A DNA stretch of 21,703 nucleotides, taken from the NCBI GenBank assembly GCA_002189035.1, contig NEEC01000201.1, positions 1-21,703 of the forward strand, given 5' to 3'. Of the stretch, positions 1-10,679 are shown piece after piece. The stretch is from Utricularia gibba. Its lineage: Eukaryota; Plantae; Magnoliophyta. The notes beneath the pieces were generated by a model. It did no database searches, was not told the DNA's origin, and saw only the letters and a program-made list of their open reading frames with translations. The translations under genes and the position numbers were made by a program. Position 1 is the stretch's first letter, and each line of letters starts with the position of its first letter.

Positions 1-1335
1 CTGGACAAGGAGACCGTTGGTCTATTATCGCGGCCGTTGAAAGATATGAGGATGCGTGGAGATTAGACCAGCACTGATGCGCACGTCCATAGGACCGTAA
101 AGTCCAACCCATGGACTCTAGCCAAGTACTTCACCACTGATGTGTCGTCCAACGATACGAAGGGGGTACATCAGGATCAATGATGCAGGGTTGTAACATC
201 AACGATACCAAGTACTTCTTAGTTTTTCCTATTGCTTTCCCTTATGATCTTCCATGGAAACAAAGTGAGACTTACGCAGAGGAGTCACGAGTTCACTCCA
301 TGGCGGATCATGGTGCACCATCGCTACTCGTTTGAGGGTGTTTTGTTGTGCAACAAAACTCAGCCAGCATCCAATGAATACTAGAATGTGGCCAAGGACA
401 CTCCATGTACTTTCCCGATCTCCAACAACGTGCGTTGGAAACATTAACATTTTCGGATTCATTCTACGGAGCACATACGATGTGGATGTGCTATCCCAGC
501 CGTTAGATGGCTACCACCCGACCTCCTGAATATTTGGACACGAAAGTGGGCATGCGCTATACGTTTGGGAGGAGAAAACCTTCGACCATACAGGTTAAAG
601 GATGTCATCTATATCAAACATACGTTGCGAGCCACGTAAGCTACTATTGAGTGGACATCATTGAATGAGAAATGAGTCATAGAGCATCGAAGAACATATC
701 GATCGTGGATCCAGAGTGTAGCCACTCCAAGCCAAACTCCCCCCAAAAAATACATACGGAACAAACGCACACGTCCCCTTATAATTCGACCCCATGGCAT
801 CCACTCCTGATGCAAAATTCCATTCTCCTCCAGGCTTTGCAAAGAAGCGGGTAACGTGGAATGGATCGGTATTGCTTCGCAAGCAGGTCACGCCTTGCAA
901 CATGCATACTTCATACCTTACGACATTCCAATGCCTGACCTCCGGATGCCTTTTACCCAGATTGTGGATGGACATAGAGAAGGGATCACTCGGTTAAGCA
1001 ATCGTTAAAGCCGCGTGCGCAACGCGAGTGTGTTTTCCGTATGCTAACGGCTTGACCATCATCCGATTCAGCATACTGCTCGTGCACCTTTACGAGTGTA
1101 GCCAATTTTCCGTCCTCACTTTCAACCAGGTCCGATGCAACGTACAAAGATGAATGGGTGGTCGTCTTCCTCAAGCATCGACACGATTCAACGGTTGATG
1201 GTCTCTAGTGCAAACTCCCACGCTCTTTTAGGCGTTCACATCCATGCGCACTACTTCCTTTCTTTTCTCCGTTGCTGGACGGGCCTCGCAAGCTTGCCGT
1301 TACCTTCAGGTGTTCTGGACTCCTTAGCGAATGGA
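1..1335. repeat. Copy 1: shortened monomer with a 57-nt segment replaced by 27 nt of A/C-run sequence at 729-755
   Basis: Seen in sequence. Consensus TAACCCAAAG...ATAGCTC is replaced by AAGCCAAACTCCCCCCAAAAAATACAT, and there are several single-base indels. Confidence 0.93.
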
Positions 1336-4300
1336 CTGGACAAGGAGACCGTTGGTCTATTATCGCGGCCGTTGAAAGATATGAGGATGCGTGGAGATTA
1401 GACCAGCACTGATGCGCACGTCCATAGGACCGTAAAGTCCAACCATGGACTCTAGCCAAGTACTTCACCACTGATGTGTCGTCCAACGATACGAAGGGGG
1501 TACATCAGGATCAATGATGCAGGGTTGTAACATCAACGATACCAAGTACTTCTTAGTTTTTCCTATTGCTTTCCCTTATGATCTTCCATGGAAACAAAGT
1601 GAGACTTACGCAGAGGAGTCACGAGTTCACTCCATGGCGGATCATGGTGCACCATCGCTACTCGTTTGAGGGTGTTTTGTTGTGCAACAAACTCAGCCAG
1701 CATCCAATGAATACTAGAATGTGGCCAAGGACACTCCATGTACTTTCCCGATCTCCAACAACGTGCGTTGGAAACATTAACATTTTCGGATTCATTCTAC
1801 GGAGCACATACGATGTGGATGTGCTATCCAGCCGTTAGATGGCTACCACCCCGACCTCCTGAATATTTGGACACGAAAGTGGGCATGCCGCTATACGTTT
1901 GGGAGGAGAAAACCTTCGACCATACAGGTTAAAGGATGTCATCTATATCAAACATACGTTGCGAGCCACGTAAGCTACTATTGAGTGGACATCATTGAAT
2001 GAGAAATGAGTCATAGAGCATCGAAGAACATATCGATCGTGGATCCAGAGTGTAGCCACTCCTAACCCAAAGTCCATAACTCGACCACCAGCACTTGTGC
2101 TTCGAATCCACATAGCTCACGGAACAAACGCACACGTCCCCTTATAATTCGACCCCCATGGCATCCACTCCTGATGCAAAATTCCATTCTCCCTCCAGGC
2201 TTTGCAAAGAAGCGGGTAACGTGGAATGGATCGGTATTGCTTCGCAAGCAGGTCACGCCTTGCAACATGCATACTTCATACCTTACGACATTCCAATGCC
2301 TGACCTCCGGATGCCTTTTACCCAGATTGTGGATGGAGATAGAGAAGGGATCACTCGGTTAAGCAATCGTTAAAGCCGCGTGCGCAACACGCGAGTGTGT
2401 TTTCCGTATGCTAACGGCTTGACCATCATCCGATTGAGCATACTGCTCGTGCACCTTCACGAGTGTAGCCAATTTTCCGTCCTCACTTTCAACCAGGTCC
2501 GATGCAACGTACAAAGATGAATGGGTGGTCGTCTTCCTCAAGCATCGACACGATTCAACGGTTGATGGTCTCTAGTGCAAACTCCCACGCTCTTTTAGGC
2601 GTTCACATCCATGCGCACTACTTCCTTTCTTTTCTCCGTTGCTGGACGGGCCTCGCAAGCTTTGCCGTTACCTTCAGGTGTTCTGGACTCCTTAGCGAAT
2701 GGACTGGACAAGGAGACCGTTGGTCTATTATCGCGGCCGTTGAAAGATATGAGGATGCGTGGAGATTAGACCAGCACTGATGCGCACGTCCATAGGACCG
2801 TAAAGTCCAACCCATGGACTCTAGCCAAGTACTTCACTGATGTGTCGTCCAACGATACGAAGGGGGTACATCAGGATCAATGATGCAGGGTTGTAACATC
2901 AACGATACCAAGTACTTCTTAGTTTTTCCTATTGCTTTCCCTTATGATCTTCCATGGAAAAAAGTGAGACTTACGCAGAGGAGTCACGAGTTCACTCCAT
3001 GGCGGATCATGGTGCACCATCGCTACTCGTTTGAGGGTGTTTTGTTGTGCAACAAACTCAGCCAGCATCCAATGAATACTAGAATGTGGCCAAGGACACT
3101 CCATGTACTTTCCCGATCTCCAACAACGTGCGTTGGAAACATTAACATTTTCGGATTCATTCTACGGAGCACATACGATGTGGATGTGCTATCCAGCCGT
3201 TAGATGGCTACCACCCGACCTCCTGAATATTTGGACACGAAAGTGGGCATGCCGCTATACGTTTGGGAGGAGAAAACCTTCGACCATACAGGTTAAAGGA
3301 TGTCATCTATATCAAACATACGTTGCGAGCCACGTAAGCTACTATTGAGTGGACATCATTGAATGAGAAATGAGTCATAGAGCATCGAAGAACATATCGA
3401 TCGTGGATCCAGAGTGTAGCCACTCCTAACCCAAAGTCCATAACTCGACCACCCAGCACTTGTGCTTCGAATCCACATAGCTCACGGAACAAACGCACAC
3501 GTCCCCTTAAATTCGACCCCCATGGCATCCACTCCTGATGCAAAATTCCATTCTCCCTCCAGGCTTTGCAAAGAAGCGGGTAACGTGGAATGGATCGGTA
3601 TTGCTTCGCAAGCAGGTCACGCCTTGCAACATGCATACTTCATACCTTACGACATTCCAATGCCTGACCTCCGGATGCCTTTTACCCAGATTGTGGATGG
3701 ACATAGAGAAGGGATCACTCGGTTAAGCAATCGTTAAAGCCGCGTGCGCAACACGCGAGTGTGTTTTCCGTATGCTAACGGCTTGACCATCATCCGATTG
3801 AGCATACTGCTCGTGCACCTTCACGAGTGTAGCCAATTTTCCGTCCTCACTTTCAACCAGGTCCGATGCAACGTACAAAGATGAATGGGTGGTCGTCTTC
3901 CCTCAAGCATCGACACGATTCAACGGGTTGATGGTCTCTAGTGCAAACTCCCACGCTCTTTTAGGCGTTCACATCCATGCGCACTACTTCCTTTCTTTTC
4001 TCCGTTGCTGGACGGGCCTCGCAAGCTTTGCCGTTACCTTCAGGTGTTCTGGACTCCTTAGCGAATGGACTGGACAAGGAGACCGTTGGTCTATTATCGC
4101 GGCCGTTGAAAGATATGAGGATGCGTGGAGATTAGACCAGCACTGATGCGCACGTCCATAGGACCGTAAAGTCCAACCCATGGACTCTAGCCAAGTACTT
4201 CACCACTGATGTGTCGTCCAACGATACGAAGGGGGTACATCAGGATCAATGATGCAGGGTTGTAACACAACGATACCAAGTACTTCTTAGTTTTTCCTAT

Positions 4301-7300
4301 TGCTTTCCCTTATGATCTTCCATGGAAACAAAGTGAGACTTACGCAGAGGAGTCACGAGTTCACTCCATGGCGGATCATGGTGCACCATCGCTACTCGTT
4401 TGAGGGTGTTTTGTTGTGCAACAAACTCAGCCAGCATCCAATGAATACTAGAATGTGGCCAAGGACACTCCATGTACTTTCCCGATCTCCAACAACGTGC
4501 GTTGGAAACATTAACATTTTCGGATTCATTCTACGGAGCACATACGATGTGGATGTGCTATCCAGCCGTTAGATGGCTACCACCCCGACCTCCTGAATAT
4601 TTGGACACGAAAGTGGGCATGCCGCTATACGTTTGGGAGGAGAAAACCTTCGACCATACAGGTTAAAGGATGTCATCTATATCAAACATACGTTGCGAGC
4701 CACGTAAGCTACTATTGAGTGGACATCATTGAATGAGAAATGAGTCATAGAGCATCGAAGAACATATCGATCGTGGATCCAGAGTGTAGCCACTCCTAAC
4801 CCAAAGTCCATAACTCGACCACCCCAGCACTTGTGCTTCGAATCCACATAGCTCACGGAACAAACGCACACGTCCCCTTATAATTCGACCCCCATGGCAT
4901 CCACTCCTGATGCAAAATTCCATTCTCCCTCCAGGCTTTGCAAAGAAGCGGGTAACGTGGAATGGATCGGTATTGCTTCGCAAGCAGGTCACGCCTTGCA
5001 ACATGCATACTTCATACCTTACGACATTCCAATGCCTGACCTCCGGATGCCTTTTACCCAGATTGTGGATGGACATAGAGAAGGGATCACTCGGTTAAGC
5101 AATCGTTAAAGCCGCGTGCGCAACACGCGAGTGTGTTTTCCGTATGCTAACGGCTTGACCATCATCCGATTGAGCATACTGCTCGTGCACCTTCGAGTGT
5201 AGCCAATTTTCCGTCCTCACTTTCAACCAGGTCCGATGCAACGTACAAAGATGAATGGGTGGTCGTCTTCCCTCAAGCATCGACACGATTCAACGGTTGA
5301 TGGTCTCTAGTGCAAACTCCCACGCTCTTTTAGGCGTTCACATCCATGCGCACTACTTCCTTTCTTTTCTCCGTTGCTGGACGGGCCTCGCAAGCTTTAC
5401 CGTTACCTTCAGGTGTTCTGGACTCCTTAGCGAATGGACTGGACAAGGAGACCGTTGGTCTATTATCGCGGCCGTTGAAAGATATGAGGATGCGTGGAGA
5501 TTAGACCAGCACTGATGCGCACGTCCATAGGACCGTAAAGTCCAACCCATGGACTCTAACCAAGTACTTCACCACTGATGTGTCGTCCAACGATACGAAG
5601 GGGGTACATCAGGATCAATGATGCAGGGTTGTAACACCAACGATACCAAGTACTTCTTAGTTTTTCCTATTGCTTTCCCTTATGATCTTCCATGGAAACA
5701 AAGTGAGACTTACGCAGAGGAGTCACGAGTTCACTCCATGGCGGATCATGGTGCACCATCGCTACTCGTTTGAGGGTGTTTTGTTGTGCAACAAACTCAG
5801 CCAGCATCCAATGAATACTAGAATGTGGCCAAGGACACTCCATGTACTTTCCCGATCTCCAACAACGTGCGTTGGAAACATTAACATTTTCGGATTCATT
5901 CTACGGAGCACATACGATGTGGATGTGCTATCCAGCCGTTAGATGGCTACCACCCCGACCTCCTGAATATTTGGACACGAAAGTGGGCATGCCGCTATAC
6001 GTTTGGGAGGAGAAAACCTTCGACCATACAGGTTAAAGGATGTCATCTATATCAAACATACGTTGCGAGCCACGTAAGCTACTATTGAGTGGACATCATT
6101 GAATGAGAAATGAGTCATAGAGCATCGAAGAACATATCGATCGTGGATCCAGAGTGTAGCCACTCCTAACCCAAAGTCCATAACTCGACCACCCAGCACT
6201 TGTGCTTCGAATCCACATAGCTCACGGAACAAACGCACACTCCCCTTATAATTCGACCCCCATGGCATCCACTCCTGATGCAAAATTCCATTCTCCCTCC
6301 AGGCTTTGCAAAGAAGCGGGTAACGTGGAATGGATCGGTATTGCTTCGCAAGCAGGTCACGCCTTGCAACATGCATACTTCATACCTTACGACATTCCAA
6401 TGCCTGACCTCCGGATGCCTTTTACCCAGATTGTGGATGGAGATAGAGAAGGGATCACTTGGTTAAGCAATCGTTAAAGCCGCGTGCGCAACACGCGAGT
6501 GTGTTCCGTATGCTAACGGCTTGACCATCATCCGATTCAGCATACTGCTCGTGCACCTTTACGAGTGTAGCCAATTTTCCGTCCTCACTTTCAACCAGGT
6601 CCGATGCAACGTACAAAGATGAATGGGTGGTCGTCTTCTCTCAAGCATCGACACGATTCAACGGGTTGATGGTCTCTAGTGCAAACTCCCACGCTCTTTT
6701 AGGCGTTCACATCCATGCGCACTACTTCCTTTCTTTTCTCCGTTGCTGGACGGGCCTCGCAAGCTTTACCGTTACCTTCAGGTGTTCTGGACTCCTTAGC
6801 GAATGGACTGGACAAGGAGACCGTTGGTCTATTATCGCGGCCGTTGAAAGATATGAGGATGCGTGGAGATTAGACCAGCACTGATGCGCACGTCCATAGG
6901 ACCGTAAAGTCCAACCCATGGACTCTAACCAAGTACTTCACCACTGATGTGTCGTCCAACGATACGAAGGGGGTACATCAGGATCAATGATGCAGGGTTG
7001 TAACACAACGATACCAAGTACTTCTTAGTTTTTCCTATTGCTTTCCCTTATGATCTTCCATGGAAACAAAGTGAGACTTACGCAGAGGAGTCACGAGTTC
7101 ACTCCATGGCGGATCATGGTGCACCATCGCTACTCGTTTGAGGGTGTTTTGTTGTGCAACAAACTCAGCCAGCATCCAATGAATATAGAATGTGGCCAAG
7201 GACACTCCATGTACTTTCCCGATCTCCAACAACGTGCGTTGGAAACATTAACATTTTCGGATTCATTCTACGGAGCACATACGATGTGGATGTGCTATCC

Positions 7301-9666
7301 AGCCGTTAGATGGCTACCACCCCGACCTCCTGAATATTTGGACACGAAAGTGGGCATGCCGCTATACGTTTGGGAGGAGAAAACCTTCGACCATACAGGT
7401 TAAAGGATGTCATCTATATCAAACATACGTTGCGAGCCACGTAAGCTACTATTGAGTGGACATCATTGAATGAGAAATGAGTCATAGAGCATCGAAGAAC
7501 ATATCGATCGTGGATCCAGAGTGTAGCCACTCCTAACCCAAAGTCCATAACTCGACCACCCAGCACTTGTGCTTCGAATCCACATAGCTCACGGAACAAA
7601 CGCACACCTCCCCTTATAATTCGACCCCCATGGCATCCACTCCTGATGCAAAATTCCATTCTCCCTCCAGGCTTTGCAAAGAAGCGGGTAACGTGGAATG
7701 GATCGGTATTGCTTCGCAAGCAGGTCACGCCTTGCAACATGCATACTTCATACCTTACGACATTCCAATGCCTGACCTCCGGATGCCTTTTACCCAGATT
7801 GTGGATGGAGATAGAGAAGGGATCACTTGGTTAAGCAATCGTTAAAGCCGCGTGCGCAACACGCGAGTGTGTTTCCGTATGCTAACGGCTTGACCATCAT
7901 CCGATTCAGCATACTGCTCGTGCACCTTTACGAGTGTAGCCAATTTTCCGTCCTCACTTTCAACCAGGTCCGATGCAACGTACAAAGATGAATGGGTGGT
8001 CGTCTTCTCTCAAGCATCGACACGATTCAACGGGTTGATGGTCTCTAGTGCAAACTCCCACGCTCTTTTAGGCGTTCACATCCATGCGCACTACTTCCTT
8101 TCTTTTCTCCGTTGCTGGACGGGCCTCGCAAGCTTTACCGTTACCTTCAGGTGTTCTGGACTCCTTAGCGAATGGACTGGACAAGGAGACCGTTGGTCTA
8201 TTATCGCGGCCGTTGAAAGATATGAGGATGCGTGGAGATTAGACCAGCACTGATGCGCACGTCCATAGGACCGTAAAGTCCAACCCATGGACTCTAACCA
8301 AGTACTTCACCACTGATGTGTCGTCCAACGATACGAAGGGGGTACATCAGGATCAATGATGCAGGGTTGTAACACCAACGATACCAAGTACTTCTTAGTT
8401 TTTCCTATTGCTTTCCCTTATGATCTTCCATGGAAACAAAGTGAGACTTACGCAGAGGAGTCACGAGTTCACTCCATGGCGGATCATGGTGCACCATCGC
8501 TACTCGTTTGAGGGTGTTTTGTTGTGCAACAAACTCAGCCAGCATCCAATGAATATTAGAATGTGGCCAAGGACACTCCATGTACTTTCCCGATCTCCAA
8601 CAACGTGCGTTGGAAACATTAACATTTTCGGATTCATTCTACGGAGCACATACGATGTGGATGTGCTATCCAGCCGTTAGATGGCTACCACCCCGACCTC
8701 CTGAATATTTGGACACGAAAGTGGGCATGCCGCTATACGTTTGGGAGGAGAAAACCTTCGACCATACAGGTTAAAGGATGTCATCTATATCAAACATACG
8801 TTGCGAGCCACGTAAGCTACTATTGAGTGGACATCATTGAATGAGAAATGAGTCATAGAGCATCGAAGAACATATCGATCGTGGATCCAGAGTGTAGCCA
8901 CTCCTAACCCAAAGTCCATAACTCGACCACCCAGCACTTGTGCTTCGAATCCACATAGCTCACGGAACAAACGCACACCTCCCCTTATAATTCGACCCCC
9001 ATGGCATCCACTCCTGATGCAAAATTCCATTCTCCCTCCAGGCTTTGCAAAGAAGCGGGTAACGTGGAATGGATCGGTATTGCTTCGCAAGCAGGTCACG
9101 CCTTGCAACATGCATACTTCATACCTTACGACATTCCAATGCCTGACCTCCGGATGCCTTTTACCCAGATTGTGGATGGAGATAGAGAAGGGATCACTTG
9201 GTTAAGCAATCGTTAAAGCCGCGTGCGCAACACGCGAGTGTGTTCCGTATGCTAACGGCTTGACCATCATCCGATTCAGCATACTGCTCGTGCACCTTTA
9301 CGAGTGTAGCCAATTTTCCGTCCTCACTTTCAACCAGGTCCGATGCAACGTACAAAGATGAATGGGTGGTCGTCTTCTCTCAAGCATCGACACGATTCAA
9401 CGGGTTGATGGTCTCTAGTGCAAACTCCCACGCTCTTTTAGGCGTTCACATCCATGCGCACTACTTCCTTTCTTTTCTCCGTTGCTGGACGGGCCTCGCA
9501 AGCTTTACCGTTACCTTCAGGTGTTCTGGACTCCTTAGCGAATGGACTGGACAAGGAGACCGTTGGTCTATTATCGCGGCCGTTGAAAGATATGAGGATG
9601 CGTGGAGATTAGACCAGCACTGATGCGCACGTCCATAGGACCGTAAAGTCCAACCCATGGACTCTA

Positions 9667-9763
9667 ACCAAGTACTTCACCACTGATGTGTCGTCCAACG
9701 ATACGAAGGGGGTACATCAGGATCAATGATGCAGGGTTGTAACACAACGATACCAAGTACTTC
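9667..9763. other. Per-monomer motif module: 2x ACCAAGTACTTC, 2x CAACGATAC, and inverted repeat CTGATGT/ACATCAG (function unknown)
   Basis: Seen in sequence. ACCAAGTACTTC at 9667-9678 and 9752-9763; CAACGATAC at 9696-9704 and 9745-9753; CTGATGT at 9683-9689 and ACATCAG at 9714-9720. Present in every copy except that the second pair is altered in copy 16. Confidence refers to this being a non-chance module. Confidence 0.45.
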
Positions 9764-10153
9764 TTAGTTTTTCCTATTGCTTTCCCTTATGATCTTCCAT
9801 GGAAACAAAGTGAGACTTACGCAGAGGAGTCACGAGTTCACTCCATGGCGGATCATGGTGCACCATCGCTACTCGTTTGAGGGTGTTTTGTTGTGCAACA
9901 AACTCAGCCAGCATCCAATGAATATTAGAATGTGGCCAAGGACACTCCATGTACTTTCCCGATCTCCAACAACGTGCGTTGGAAACATTAACATTTTCGG
10001 ATTCATTCTACGGAGCACATACGATGTGGATGTGCTATCCAGCCGTTAGATGGCTACCACCCCGACCTCCTGAATATTTGGACACGAAAGTGGGCATGCC
10101 GCTATACGTTTGGGAGGAGAAAACCTTCGACCATACAGGTTAAAGGATGTCAT

Positions 10154-10570
10154 CTATATCAAACATACGTTGCGAGCCACGTAAGCTACTATTGAGTGGA
10201 CATCATTGAATGAGAAATGAGTCATAGAGCATCGAAGAACATATCGATCGTGGATCCAGAGTGTAGCCACTCCTAACCCAAAGTCCATAACTCGACCACC
10301 CAGCACTTGTGCTTCGAATCCACATAGCTCACGGAACAAACGCACACCTCCCCTTATAATTCGACCCCCATGGCATCCACTCCTGATGCAAAATTCCATT
10401 CTCCCTCCAGGCTTTGCAAAGAAGCGGGTAACGTGGAATGGATCGGTATTGCTTCGCAAGCAGGTCACGCCTTGCAACATGCATACTTCATACCTTACGA
10501 CATTCCAATGCCTGACCTCCGGATGCCTTTTACCCAGATTGTGGATGGAGATAGAGAAGGGATCACTTGG
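10154..10570 (-). other. Longest open frame found in the monomer (138 codons stop-to-stop; 108 aa from the first ATG at 10480); not called as a gene
   Basis: Seen in sequence: PSDPFSISIHNLGKRHPEVRHWNVVRYEVC-MLQGVTCLRSNTDPFHVTRFF...AYVARNVCLI*. I recognise no domain, RBS or Kozak context, and indels break the frame in several edge copies. Confidence refers to it being coding. Confidence 0.1.
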
Positions 10571-10588
10571 TTAAGCAATCGTTAAAGC

Positions 10589-10679
10589 CGCGTGCGCAAC
10601 ACGCGAGTGTGTTCCGTATGCTAACGGCTTGACCATCATCCGATTCAGCATACTGCTCGTGCACCTTTACGAGTGTAGC
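10589..10679. other. Per-monomer pair of potential stem-loops (function unknown)
   Basis: Seen in sequence. CGCGTG-CGCAA-CACGCG at 10589-10605. GC(A)TAC(T)GCTCGTG-CACCTT-YACGAGTGTAGC at 10648-10679, about 12 bp with two bulges and G.T pairs. Pairing was worked out by hand; no folding energy was computed. Confidence 0.4.

Noticed and set aside
50-130. Resemblance to the 5' end of plant 5S rRNA (GGATGCG...ACCAGCACTGATGC...AGTACT)
   Set aside because: The match needs a 5-nt insertion and several gaps. The A-box, C-box and 3' terminal helix are absent, so it is not a 5S gene or a Cassandra-type LTR. At most it is an untestable relic.
9683-9708. Hammerhead ribozyme-like CTGATG...stem...CGAA
   Set aside because: The core needs CUGANGA and GAAA; here it is CUGAUGU and GAAG, and the stem register consumes G8. 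I found no CTGANGA on either strand. Other ribozyme classes cannot be excluded by eye, so cmscan is needed.
9464-9755. Tandem TRIM/LTR element on the minus strand: PBS-like TGGTATC (9755-9749) and polypurine tract (9480-9464)
   Set aside because: Only 7 nt match the tRNA-iMet 3' end, there is no CA LTR end before it, and there are no TG...CA terminal inverted repeats.
9920-9928. Geminivirus alpha/betasatellite (similar size), with GAATATTAG as the nonanucleotide
   Set aside because: It is not TAATATTAC or TAGTATTAC and is not in a stem-loop. There is no A-rich region and no Rep or betaC1-like ORF.
10308-10324. tRNA T-arm/B-box-like TGTGCTTCGAATCCACA
   Set aside because: The invariant G53 is C (a C.C mismatch), and there is no matching acceptor stem, D-arm or A-box upstream.
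10355-10360. TATAAT promoter box 10 nt upstream of the ATG at 10370
   Set aside because: The -35 position reads CGGAAC, the box is too close to the ATG to leave room for a ribosome-binding site, and a hexamer match is expected by chance.
10524-10534. TGCCTTTTACC, matching U5 snRNA loop I
   Set aside because: The flanks (CCGGA / CAGAT) do not form the closing stem, and there is no Sm site nearby.
10041-10629. Rod-like circular RNA (Obelisk/deltavirus type), suggested by the 9-nt inverted repeat AGCCGTTAG / CTAACGGCT
   Set aside because: Pairing does not extend into the flanks, I saw no colinear series of inverted repeats, and there is no long ORF. A full fold of the circularised monomer would settle it.
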